From positions 34,199,130-34,263,129 of the forward strand of contig NC_092375.1 in the NCBI RefSeq assembly GCF_030028105.1: 64,000 nucleotides of DNA. The letters are read 5' to 3'. Below, in pieces: positions 35,264 to 47,179 of this stretch. The translations under genes and the position numbers were made by a program. The stretch is from Mobula birostris. Taxonomy: Eukaryota. Positions within the stretch are counted from its first letter, which is position 1. Each line of letters starts with the position of its first letter. A model generated the notes under the pieces. That model had not been told where the DNA came from. It made no database searches and worked only from the letters and a program-made list of their open reading frames with translations.

Positions 35264-36059
35264 CTGGTAGAACAATGGAAAAAAAATGTTATATTAAGAA
35301 AATATTGGAAGTGACACATCTACCTTAGAAAGCATCTTAGAAGAACAAGTTTCTCAACTATTGATCATTTTGGTTTCATTTGGAGATACGCTTACTAGTT
35401 TGTAAATTAAAATAAATGTGGATTGATATCCTAATTTCAGATAACTCCTACAATTTTGTTCTTTCCAGTTTATATTTAATAAGCTCCGCCTACTCCTGCC
35501 AATGATTTCTGGCTTTCACGAGTGAGAAAATTTCATCTTCAGTTGTACTTGAATAATACAAAATAAGATAATATCCAGAGTTGGGGGTACAAGGTATCAT
35601 AGAAAGGGGATCTTAAACACAAAGCAGCTTCAGATATTGTGAAAACTTTCTGGAAGTTTGCTTCATACAGTATTAAAAGGAACTGCCTTTAGAACAGAAA
35701 ATGCTCTTTTTGAGAACGGGGGTATCAAAAACATCTTCCCTCACCCTGAAGAAGTTAGCAATGTGTTGATATATGGCAGATACTGTAGGTTAACAATGAT
35801 ATGCTAATAGAATGCAAAAACATTTTAACCATCATTTTCCTTTCACAAAGCATGTTACTGATGGCCTGCTGAGGTAAAATTTCATCAATATCCTTGCCCC
35901 AAGCAACTTTTATGTAACCCTAAATCTATAAGGTCAAGTCCAACTGATGGCAGATTCTCTCATAAATTATGCTCCAAATTTTGTATCAATAACAATTCCT
36001 TCCTATTGTATTAATTAGTAAAATATTTCAGCAGCTTCCCAAGTGGGATGCCAGGAAAC

Positions 36060-38960
36060 AAGAATGTAAGAACCAGGAGTAGACCAGCTGGCTTTTTGAG
36101 TCTTGGCATCTGTCAAGATCATCATTTTTATCTATTCCAGTTCAGTTTTCTTGAATTCTCCCTATATCCTCTCCATTGATTTTCTTAATATCTAGAACTC
36201 CATCAGTCCTCAATGAATTAATTGACAAGAACTATCATAGCTGTCCAAGGTAGAGAATAGCAAAGATCTACTACCTTCTGTGTGAAGAACTCTCTCTACA
36301 TCTTATCCTAAATGGTGTCTCCCCTATTCTGAACCCGATTCTAGATTTTCAGACAGAAGAAACATCACATAGTCAAGCCTTGTAAGAATTCTGTATGACT
36401 CATTTATCACTCATTCTTCTAAACTCTACAGTGCATAGACCTGTATTAATCTCTTCTCATAGAGCAAACTCGCCAGTGCACGAACTAGTTTGCTGAACCT
36501 TCATTATCCTCCCTCTCTAGCAATATATCTCTTTGGGTAAGAAGACCACAACGATGCACAGCAATGGAAGTGTGATCTCACAAAGACAGTAAATAATTGC
36601 AATGAAACATCTTTACTCCCGTAGTCAAATCCTTTCATAATACAGGCCAAAATGATGTACCATTTGCTTTCTAAACGCTTCTTGTACCTACATTTGCTTT
36701 CAGACACTACTGGGCCTTTTGAACACCATTATTTCCAAACCTGTTGTCATTTAAAAATACTCCACTATTCTGAAATAAATGACTTCACATTTTACCACCT
36801 TATATTTCATCTTACATAATCTTATTCACTCACCTAGTTTGTCTATATCCCTGTGAAACTTCTTTACAGCTTCTTCCCTACACAGAATCGCAACTAGTTT
36901 TGGATCAGCAAACACGGAAATATGATATTTGTTCCCTTCATCCATATCTGCTTCACCTACCTTAAGTGCGCAATTACTTATTTTTGAACAGTGACCCATA
37001 GTTCTAGACCAGAGGTCCCTGAACCCTCTGTTAATCGTAAGGCTCCATGGCATAAAATAAGGTTGGGAATCCCTGTTCTAAACTATCTTTACAAGAGGAG
37101 TCACCTCCTCCAACTCCACACAGTCTAGACGCCTCAGGATCTGTTAACTAGTTGTCATTCTGTGTCATGCCATCCCACTTCCACGTTTTCTAAACTTGTT
37201 GACCACTGTTCAGTGTAAGACCATTTCAAAAACCTCCTCAAAATTTAAATACATCGTAAACACTTTCCCCGATTATCCTTTCAACTAGTCACATTAATAG
37301 ATTAGTCCAATACAATTTTCATTCATAAATCCATGCTGTCTCTGTTCAATCCTATTATCCCCTCTTGTTCTCGTCAACATGGGCTCCAGCATTTCCTCTG
37401 CTTCTGATGTTAGGCTAACATGTCAGAATTTCTCCTTCTCTCTTCCACTACTATTTTTATAGTGAAAGAGAGAAAGGAGTAAGGCAGGTTAACTGAGATG
37501 ACCAAAAAACATTGTCAAGGAGCAGTCTTCAAAGACCCTGTTGAGAGCAATAAAAAAGTGAGCAGATTAGAGAGGGAATCCCAGAGGGTGGTGCTGAGAC
37601 TGTTGAAGACATTCATGCCAAAATGATTAAAATCAAGAAGGATTGAGTCATAGCAAAGTACAGCACAGAAACACGTCTTTTGACCCATTTAGTCCGTGCC
37701 GAACCATTAACCTGCCTAGTGTCGTCGACCTGCACCTGGACCATAGCCTACCATCCACATACCCATTCAAATTTCTCCTAAATGATGGGATCAACCCCGC
37801 ATTCTCCACTTGTGCTGGCAGTTCATTCCACACTCTCGCCAACCTCTGAGTGAAGAAGTTCTCCCGCATATTGCCCTTAAGTATTTTATTCTTCACTCTT
37901 AACCCATACCCTCTAGTTCTTGTCTCACCCAACCTCAGTGGAAAACCTTGCTTGCATTTACTCTATCTATACCCCTCATAATTTTGTACACCTCTATCAA
38001 ATCTGCCCTCAGTATTCTATGTTATAGAGAATAAAGTCCTAACCTGTTCAATCTTTCCCTATAACTCAGGTCAAATCCCGGCAACATCCTTGTGAATTTT
38101 CTGTGCATATTTTCAATCTTATTTACATTTTTCCTGTAGATAGGCGACCAAAACTGCACACAATACCTGTGTTCCAGAAGAGGCCTCACCATCGACTTAT
38201 ACAATTTCTTGTACTCAATATAGTGATTTATGAAGGCCAATGTGCCAAAAGTTCTTTATGACCCTATCTACCTGTGACGCCACTTTCAAGGAATTATGAA
38301 CCTGTATTCCCAGATCCCTCTGTTCTACTGCACACCTCAGTGCCCTACAGCTCAGTTGGTTAATCCTCCTAAAGTGCACTTGTCTGCATTAAATACCATC
38401 TGCCAGTTTTCATTCCATTTTTCCAGCTGGTCCAAATCCCACTGCAAGCTTTGATAGTCTTCCTTGCAGTACACTACATCCCCGATCTAGGTGTCATTTG
38501 CAAAGTTGCTGATCCAGTTTACTAGAATCAGAATCAAGTTTAATATCACTGGCATATGTCGTGAAATTTGTACACTTTGTGGCAGCAGTTCAATGTCATG
38601 AATTACATTTATATATAAAATACTTAAGTTAAAATAAGTAGTGCAAAAAAACCAAATAATTTTTTTAAAAATCATCCAGATGGTTGATAGAGACGACAAA
38701 TAACAATAGACCCAGCACCAATCTCTGCAGCACTCCACTAGTCTCAGGTCTCCAGTCAGAGAGACAACCATCTACAACCAGTGTTTGACTTCTTCTACTA
38801 AGCCAATTTACTACCTCATCTTGAATGCCAAGTGACTGAACCTTCTTGACCAACCTCCCATGTCAAATCAGTGGAAACGTCGACTGCCTTGCTTTAATCG
38901 ACTTTCCTAGTAACTGCCTTGAGATTGGTTAGACACGATTTACCACGCACAAAGCCATGT
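36060..38960 (-). mobile_element. Tandem degenerate CR1 fragments in the TXNL4B intron
   Basis: 'VRSHF..CASLWS', 'MVRPLLE..CVQFWSP', 'FFTQRLARVWNELP', 'WISNFANDT'. A Rex1-type tail is inserted near 38525-38665. Confidence 0.8.
37010..37075. mobile_element. 66-bp hAT (Charlie-type) mini-MITE
   Basis: CAGAGGTCCCTGAACC / GGTTGGGAATCCCTG ends; TSD TTCTAGAC / TTCTAAAC (7/8, central TA). Confidence 0.65.
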
Positions 38961-39417
38961 TTAATGAACATGAACAGGATTGGTTAAGTACGAGGATACA
39001 GGATGGGTGACAGTGAAGGATAACGCCACAAAGGAGTCCGAAAACAACGATTATAATTTTAAAACTTGGATGTTGGCATTTCCAGGCAGACAGATAAACT
39101 GGCCTACCTGACTGGGAGTTGGATATCAGATGAATGTGCTTTATTATTGCCAATAATCCTCAAATCTCGCACATAATAAATCACTTCTGAAATATAATGG
39201 CCATTACAAAAAGTATCTCTACACAGCAACGCGGCACAAAAAGCAGATTACTTATTTTTCAGTGATTCTGGTATTTTGAGTAATTGCACCCATTTTCCAC
39301 AAAAGTAAACAAATGGTCTTGTTTGATAGACCGCATATTCAATATTCCCACACTACTGCATTGACGTGACAACATAGATTATACAACAAGAGAAATGGCT
39401 TTGTTTAATTTACTGAC

Positions 39418-39549
39418 AATTTCATCGAGATGCAGACAGACCGGGTCCTGATCGCGGCCAAATCGCAGAACCAGCACCCTCTCCGCCACAGTCTTTATAA
39501 TATGATCAACATCTTTCTTAGTTTGTAACTTTGGCAGGAAGAAGCTCAT
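39418..39549 (-). CDS. TXNL4B: TXNL4B first coding exon
   Basis: MSFFLPKLQTKKDVDHIIKTVAERVLVLRFGRDQDPVCLHLDEI followed by donor gtcagt. 132+152+166 = 450 nt = 149 aa + stop. An acceptor (tttctcttag) 10 nt before the ATG implies an upstream non-coding exon. Confidence 0.96.
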
Positions 39550-39559
39550 AGTCTCAGTA

Positions 39560-40230
39560 CTAAGAGAAAGAAAAATCTACTTGAAATGAAGAGTTACTGC
39601 AGAGTTCTCTCAGTAAACTGGGCGGGGAGACTAATCGAACCGGATGCTGATCGTCCCCTCCTGTGGCAGCCTCAAAATCATTCCCCGGGAACACATTTCA
39701 AGGGAATTTGATCAAAGTAAATTTTACGCGATCAGGAATGGCCTAACCCACGAGTACATTAATATAAAATTTCTGAAGCATGCTTGCGCCCATATAAACA
39801 CTATCACAATTTTGCGGTAAAATAGTAACTGCTGATGAGGGCCTGCTGAGTTCCTCCAGCATTTTGTGTGTGTTGCTTATTAGGGTTCCTAGTTAAACGA
39901 ATCTCTCACATGGAGCGCAAGGTTACTAGAGCAATTCCGTAGTTAACATGACACACTGATTTTGTTTTTCAAAAGAAACTGCAAGATTTCATGTGCAATG
40001 TGCTGATTTTGACCGTGAAGAGAGTTTGCGGAAAGAAGGGGAGCTGAACGGGACGGACAGGCACCACGTGAAGTGGAGGGAGTTTCAAGGGTTGAGACGC
40101 TGCTAGGTTTTGGACTCTAATTTCATTTCAGAATCTCAGCCTGAACTTCATTCGTCTTTCTAACAGGTTCGGAATGATTTTTCTTTATGCAAATACAGTC
40201 TCCATTTCTGAGCAAGGCGCCTAATACTTC
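39560..40230. promoter_or_regulatory. Candidate bidirectional promoter for TXNL4B and TRMT10C
   Basis: CpG-retaining, mostly unique sequence between divergent genes. GC box GGGCGGGG at 39620-39627; E-box CACGTG at 40065-40070. Confidence 0.55.
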
Positions 40231-40809
40231 TTTAATTAAAATGTGAATGATAACGTTGTAAACAAATGCTGGATAATTTACAGAAACATTCATTGAGTCT
40301 GTAAGATGTTTTCTGTGCTTTTCATGTCACCACCTTCTGAATGCAATTTGTCGTCAGTCTTTGCTGAGCCCATTACAATCGTGGTGTTGTTGCATTCAGT
40401 ATTTTAAATTAATCAGGTTTCCATAAGCAAATGCAATACAGTAAGTTCCGGTATTGTGCTTGTACAATCATTGAGTCCATTCTGAATTGAGCGATACATT
40501 TTTAGAATGCAACATAGCGTATACAGGCCCTTCGTCCCATGTTTCGCTAACCTTTTAACCTAACCCCTCCCTCCCTCAAGCCTCCATTTTTCTTTCATCG
40601 ATGTGCTTATCTAATGCATCTGCTTCTACCGCGACCCCGGCAGTGTGCTTCATGCACCGACCTATTTCTGTGTATAAAAAAACAACCTCTCATATTCCTC
40701 CCCCATACTTTCCTCCTTCGCCTTTAAAGTATGATCTCTCGTGTTAGTCATTGCCGCCATGGGCAAAAGGCGGTGGCTGTGCACACTATCTATGCCTCCT
40801 ATTATTTAA

Positions 40810-41020
40810 TTAGAGATACAGCACAATAACAGGCCCTCCCAGCCCACACCGCCCAATTAACCCCTGCGTGCGACCAATTAAGCTACTACCCATATGCCTT
40901 TGGGATGCGGGAAGAGACCCACTCAGTGATGAGGAGAATGTACAAGCACCTTACAGACAGTGGCAGAACTGAACCCAGATTGCTGGTGCAGTAATATTGT
41001 TATGCTAACCACTACACCGC
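40810..41020 (-). mobile_element. V-SINE (HE1-like), flanked by CR1 fragments (about 40500-41160)
   Basis: A-box 'gtgtagtggttagcat', B-box-like 'gggttcagttc', same tail as the copy at 30320. Confidence 0.7.
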
Positions 41021-41967
41021 AGTCAAATCTCTTCTCATGCTCCTTTGTTCCAAAGAGAAAAGCCCTTGCGCGCTCAGCCTTTCCTCAAGAGACATGTTCT
41101 GTAATCCAGACAGCATCCTGGTAAATCTCCTCTGCACCTTCTCTGAAGCTTCCACTTCCACATGCAGGCAAAGCATGTCATCGCCAGTGCTGAAAAATGG
41201 AGCAGGTGTGAGGGATGCTGTGGCCAACTTCTCATATTGGAACATCCAGTGTGTGATATTGGTGGAGACGGAATCAGAGTCAATAACATATTTGTAGAGA
41301 TAAAACACTGCTCATGATTTTGTGAAGGACATGCATGAGGACGACTTCCCATGCAGTAACCTAAAATTTAAAAAAACTTAATTCAAGCTCCCTGGAGAGG
41401 CTTCGGGGAGAGTGTAAGAAGTGTAGATCGTAGAAAACATTCTTATACCCAGTTTGATTATAACTTGTAACAATTTAGTTATACTTAGTTCCCAGTCAGA
41501 TCCCAATGGATGTGTTGTTAATAATGAATATGGTAGATTTGTGTAATTCCATTCCTTCCACATACAAAACTTTAAAATTCCCGAGGAAAGGTTTGTCTTA
41601 ATTTTTCAGAACAAGCATATTGGCTGTAAACATAAAGGTAGCTGTCATGAGGCTCTGCTATCTTTTGAACAAAGATGTCCTGTCATGTCACAATTCAAAA
41701 ACAGCACCATTTGTAAGGGAGATCGTATTTAATAGAATTTAATGTAACAAACTCCATGCTTCTAGAAATGTATCATTTTAAAGAAGAGAGCACTGTATTT
41801 CAGACAAAAGATGTAGCAAGAATTTGGTGTGACTTAATTTGGAAATATCTTTTGTAATTCTCTTAATTCTTTTGTCTTAATTACAGGATTAAATATTGTG
41901 CTTGGATTTCTTCGAACATTATTGATTATTTGGATTATAGGAATTTGTTCTTTCAGTATACCGTACT

Positions 41968-43260
41968 ATGTGGCTGCAGGTTACCCATCTCTTCCAAAAC
42001 CTTGGTAGACATTGCAGTGTACAAGTAAATACATGGGTGAAAACTAAAGCAGGTTTGGCCAGGCAACAATTTATGCTCCACACCAGGAGCCTGATTCTTT
42101 CGCCATGTCCAAGGACTGAAGAAAATAATGTCCGGCCTGACAAAATAGATTTAGATATTTGGAAGACTGTCCTGAGAGAAACTACAACTGAAGCTTCCAA
42201 ACAATTACCCTCTGAAGACTTTGGGGACTCGTCCCTTGCTGCCACAAGAGAACTAATTCAAATGTGGCAATTAGCTGGGAAGGCTGTTCCAGAAAACATA
42301 ACAGATGAACAGTTAAGAACCTTTCAAGAACTGTCTACTAAATCTGCAAAGAAAAAGTATCTGAAGCATTTAGCAATCAAGGAAGGGAAAAAGAAAGCTA
42401 CAAAAGAGAAACAAAAATTAAAGCAAGAAGCAAAGCTGTTACAGAAAGAAGTCAAATGTGAGGAAGGAGTTGCATTAAAGAATACTTTTCTTTTACAACT
42501 ATGGCAACGATCTTTTGATCTAATGTACAATTGGAGGGCAGCCCAATCTATGGTATTTGGACAGCCACTGGTGTTTGATATGAGTTATGAACACTATATG
42601 AACCATAGAGAAATGGAGAATACTGTGTCTCAGCTGATGGAGGGTGAAGGATGCAACAGGAGATCCTTGGACCCATTCCACTTGCATTTCTGTAATCTTA
42701 GCTCAGATGGAGGCTATCATAGAGAGCTTTTGAAACGCTATGGAGATGCTTGGCATAATCTCTTAATTACGGCAACACATGAGTCATATGTTGACATTTT
42801 TCCCAAAGACAAGCTTGTGTATTTAACTGCAGATTCTCCTTTTGTACTGAACACATTTCAGCATGATAAAGTCTACATCATTGGATCCATTGTTGATAAA
42901 TCAATCCAAACAGGATTATCTCTTGCAAATGCAAAACGTTTGAAGTTGGCAACTGCACGTCTTCCTTTGGACGAGTATTTGAACTGGAACAGCGGTGCAA
43001 AAAATCTTACGTTGAACCAAATGATCAACATTTTGTTGACTGTGAAAGAAACTGGCAACTGGCACAAGGCCCTCAAATTTGTTCCACAAAGGAAACATGA
43101 AGGATTTTTATCAGTCCCATTACAACAAAGATACAGTAGTAGAATCAGAAAACAACATATGTTAAATAACAATGAACCAGAAAAGAAAGCTAAATGGCAA
43201 AAGTCAACTTCAGATGCAAATCTTCATAAAAGAAAACAATGGTGGATGGATGTAGATTAA
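41968..43260 (+). CDS. TRMT10C: tRNA methyltransferase 10 homolog C (mitochondrial RNase P protein 1), single coding exon, 430 aa
   Basis: 'ATRELIQMWQLAGK', 'KKKYLK.L..KE', 'WRAAQSMVFGQPLVFDM', 'DPFHLHFCNL', 'LVYLTADSP', 'YIIGSIVD', 'ATARLPLDEYL.W..G.KNLTLNQMI.IL'. Basic N-terminus compatible with a mitochondrial presequence. Acceptor ttacag| at 41886 upstream. Confidence 0.97.
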   Translation: MWLQVTHLFQNLGRHCSVQVNTWVKTKAGLARQQFMLHTRSLILSPCPRTEENNVRPDKIDLDIWKTVLRETTTEASKQLPSEDFGDSSLAATRELIQMWQLAGKAVPENITDEQLRTFQELSTKSAKKKYLKHLAIKEGKKKATKEKQKLKQEAKLLQKEVKCEEGVALKNTFLLQLWQRSFDLMYNWRAAQSMVFGQPLVFDMSYEHYMNHREMENTVSQLMEGEGCNRRSLDPFHLHFCNLSSDGGYHRELLKRYGDAWHNLLITATHESYVDIFPKDKLVYLTADSPFVLNTFQHDKVYIIGSIVDKSIQTGLSLANAKRLKLATARLPLDEYLNWNSGAKNLTLNQMINILLTVKETGNWHKALKFVPQRKHEGFLSVPLQQRYSSRIRKQHMLNNNEPEKKAKWQKSTSDANLHKRKQWWMDVD

Positions 43261-43476
43261 AGATCCCAAAAATATTTTAAATACTGATTCTACTACAAAA
43301 ATTACCTTTATTGATTCTCTTCAATCTTCATGATGGATTGCTGTCAAATAATGTAAATTTTGAAAATGATAAAAATATCATTTTAAAGCACACCTTCCCC
43401 TGTTCGGTGCACTGATTATAAACTACAATTGTCAGGTAAACTATAACAGTAACAATTTCTGCCTATCTCCTTGATT

Positions 43477-43482
43477 AATAAA
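43477..43482 (+). terminator. Candidate TRMT10C polyadenylation signal (another at 43927-43932)
   Basis: AATAAA downstream of the stop codon. Confidence 0.45.
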
Positions 43483-44284
43483 TAACTGGAAAATTCCAGT
43501 TTTGTATTTGAGTTAGCTGATTGATTTCAGGATTTTTGCAGGACACACTGCCTTGCCGTTCTTACTGTTAATGAGGATAGGATTGAGCTGGTTCCGATGC
43601 CCCACTAGTCCATCTGGCACCCCAGTAATAGTTGTTACCTGAAGACCTGCTTGGTCAAGGAACAATCAGAAAAATGCCAAATGTTTCAGAGGAGGGAAGA
43701 AGTGTTGCATAAAATTTACTGGTGATAAAAGAACAGATTAAAAATGTTATCCCCAGAGCATAATTGTTCTGTATTCTCCAAATAGTTGATTTGGTTAAGG
43801 AAGGAGCAAGGGGTATAATATTTGTCCTTAATTCCTTTCTAATTGACGACACCAAAATAAGCGTTCTTGCCTTTGATTGTTGCTCAGTGTTAATCATTTT
43901 GCAAATGATTAGCATCTGGAAGCACAAATAAAATGCACAACATATGCTCAGCCATACAAAAAAAAAGAATATTCAATTTTTGCAATTTATATATATGATT
44001 TTTAAATTTGTGAAACAAAGCTGTACAGACAAGTTTGCACAGGAAATCTAAAACTTATTTCTTGTAGACATTCTTGTATTAGGTATTAAAAATGTAATTG
44101 GTGGAGGATGTTATCCAAGAGAAGATGGTGCATCATTATGGAGACCACATTGTGATCACTTCTACCAGTGTTTTTGTGAATGGAAGCATGTGTAATTAGT
44201 AAATGTGCAATTAGATTAAAATGTATATCACTTAAGACTGGCCTAGCTCAATATCAAAAAGAAAAGCTATCAGATTTTAAATTA

Positions 44285-44720
44285 AAATGCCACCCATTTT
44301 AATTCCACTTCCCATTCCTATTCTGATATGTCCGTCCAACTCCTCCTGTACTGTCGCGATGTGGCCATACACAGGTTGGAGGAGCAACACTGTATATTCT
44401 GTCTGGGTAGCCTCCAACCTGATGGCACGAACTCCCTCTGGTGCTCCTCCCCCTTTTTTTTTCTTCCATGGCCTTCTGTCCTCTCCTGTCAGACTCCCCC
44501 TTCTCCAGCCCTGTATCTCTTTCATCAATCAACTTCCCAACTCTTTACGTCACTCCCCCCCACCCAGTTTAACCTATCACTTTGTGTCTCTTCCTCCTCT
44601 TCCCCCAATCCCATCATTTTTTCTCCAGTCTTGATGAAGGGTCTCAGCCCAAAACGTTGACTTTACCATAGATGCTACTTGGCCTACTGAGTTCCTCCAG
44701 CATTTTGTGTGTTGCTCAGA
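44285..44720 (+). mobile_element. Penelope-like 3' fragment
   Basis: 'LLYCRDVAIHRLEEQHCIFCLGSLQPDG'; hammerhead-like core at 44626-44662. Confidence 0.82.
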
Positions 44721-46079
44721 TGGGATACCTGCCAGGTACTGAGTGATCCAGTACAAGGGATGACCCTGTCCTCACCAATCTATCTGTTGCAGGCACATCT
44801 GTCAATGACAGAATTCAAAGGAGTGACAACCACACAACCCCTTCTTCATGTGAAAGTGCTTTCTAATATATTAAAAAAATACAAATTGCTGCAAGAGCTC
44901 AACCGGTACAGAAAAATGGACCGTCAACCTCCAGAGTCCCTTCAACAGCTTATGTTATTTTCTCTCTTCAGATTCCAGCATCTGCAGCCTTGTGCAGCTC
45001 TATGCCTCATAATGTTCCGCACCACCATTGCGCCAAATGTGATAGGGAGACAATTTGGATCTGAAAATTGGGCATTTAAAGGCACTGAGGACCATCAACA
45101 GCTGAAGAAATGTACACTTCTACTAGCTGTGTCCTCGTGGCCTGACATATCCCTCACTCCACATTACAATCAGACCGGCCATCACTGAAGGTGGAGATGT
45201 CGATGAACCTGCCCTCTGTTAGCCCTTTATTCTCTATAATCATTCACATCTGGCAGTACTGCTGCACTTGATATGATCTATTAGTTGCAGACTGCTTGGT
45301 TCTGTCCGTTGCATGTGCTCTTCTGCACGGTAAGCATGTGATCCTATTTTACAGTTCTGATGGTTGATGCATTTTTAGAAATGCCTGGTACTGTCTCAGC
45401 ATGTCTCATTCTTTTGCTTACGGAGGCAGGGTCATATTAAAAAAGGCTGTGCGGCAACACCCAGAGCTAAGAATTCTCATTTGAACTGTCCAGTTTAGCA
45501 CAACATTAACAAACAATAAAAATGACTCATCCTTGTTCACATTGATCAACAAGCAACTGTAGATAAGGAATAATGGAGAGCATTGTAGATGTCTGGATCA
45601 CAAATGTGAGGATACACAACTTCACCGTTTGGTGGCTGAATGACATTAGGCGCAGGGCTGTCCCATAGTTGGCCGGCTACATTGCACAAGCGTCTGTGGA
45701 CAGGAAGACTGCGATCATGTTCAAGCTAGTGATGGGGCTAGAATCACAGGTACTGCTAATACTGTGGTTTGTAACCTACATTCATAATTGAAGGAAATGC
45801 TAAGTTTCAGTTAGAGCTTAGTGAAAATGAAAGATGTAATTTTTTCCCATCCACTTTCACGGATCTCCAAGGGGACTGTGGACTCCAGGTTTAAAAACCC
45901 CTGCTCTAGTGGATTCACCTGTAGCAATAACTGGAAATAGTCTTGCTCCTTGATGACTGATTACAGTCGAGAAGCAGGGCTGTGTATAAATGACAACGTG
46001 GTGCAGCAGAACAAGCCAAAGGCACTGAACAGCTGAGTTCAAACTTTGTCAACTGGCTGGACTATACCCTTTGCAGAAA

Positions 46080-46430
46080 CATTCAAACTTGCACTCTGTG
46101 GCCTCTATCCCTACCACCGATCCCACAATGTCTTTGACCCACTACCATCAGGAGGGAGGGACAGAAGCTTTAGGACTAAGACTACCAGACTGGGTAACAG
46201 CTTCTCCCCTCAGGCTGAGAGACTAATGAATACTCTGGCATCACTAAGACAGTGGGCTGTTTACTGTTCCCTGTGCTGCGCACTACATTTTGAATTGTAT
46301 ATTATTAACTTATGGTAATATTTTGTTTTATGTGGTGTGTGTAATATACGTTTTGTGGGTGCACCATGGTCTGGAGGAACTTTGTTTCATTTGTTTGTAT
46401 ACATGTACAGTCAGATGATAATAACTTAAA
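46080..46430 (+). mobile_element. Rex1-like 3' fragment
   Basis: 'FDPLPSGGRDRSFRTKTTRLGNSFSPQAERLMN'. Confidence 0.8.
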
Positions 46431-46792
46431 CCCCAGTCTGGCCATTCTCTTCTGACCTCTCATTAAGAAGGCTTTTTCGCCCATTGAACCACCGCTCATT
46501 GGATTTATTTATTTATTTATTTATTTGGTTTTTCACACCATTCTCTGTAAACTCAGACTTGTGCATGAAAATACCAGGAGATCAGAAGTTTCTCAAATAC
46601 TCAAAGCACCCCATCTGGCACCAACAATAATTCCACGGTCAATGTCACTTAGATTGCATTTCTTCCCCATTGTGATGTTTGGTCTAAACAACAACAGAAT
46701 CTGGACTACATCTGCATGCTTTTATGTATTCATTGTGTGGTTATATATTTGTATTAATGAACAGGTGTACCTAATAAAGTGGCCACTAAGTG
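46431..46792 (-). mobile_element. Tc1/mariner 5' end remnant
   Basis: TIR-like CACTTAGTGGCCACTTTATTAGGTACACC on minus, flanked by TA (46793-46794). Minus translation 'MGKKCNLSDIDRGIIVGARWGALSI*ETSDLL..S....VYREW' matches a Tc1 transposase N-terminal HTH. Confidence 0.8.
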
Positions 46793-47179
46793 TACCTGCC
46801 ATTTATACATTTTAACATTAAAAATAACTAAGCAATTAACTTAAAATGCATTTTATTTCAACCCCTTGTGGCCCTTAATTTCATTGATTGCAAATTGTTG
46901 CCTTTCTGTACTCTGTTGTATGCCTCCATGAGGACCACAGTTTAGAAAAAGGCAAAAAAGAGAAATTTGTGCTGTTTGTCCATACATGGAAATTGCAAAA
47001 CTTGCTGGCATTTCTAAGCCAAGTGGTCCAAGTCAATGAGTCCAGGTGAAATTTGGTTTCTTGTACTAACAAACAGCTGCACATAAATAGCTGACTCCCT
47101 CTCCCTGCATATATGGGACAGCACATTTCAAAGAGATGGTGGCAATGGCTGGTTGACAGGTGTACTCACAAGTGGGAAA

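Noticed and set aside
40960-41020. A-box/B-box pairs as tRNA genes (also near 11780-11836 and 30480-30530)
   Set aside because: They are SINE heads fused to V-domain and LINE-like tails, with no cloverleaf.
41919-43172. Antisense ORFs over TRMT10C (and likewise over FAM172B)
   Set aside because: Shadow frames of real coding sequences with no independent evidence.
44720-45830. 159-aa ORF 44709..45188 and adjacent unexplained sequence
   Set aside because: It starts in a Penelope end and includes another repeat remnant, with no motifs or splice structure; probably decayed repeats that I cannot classify.
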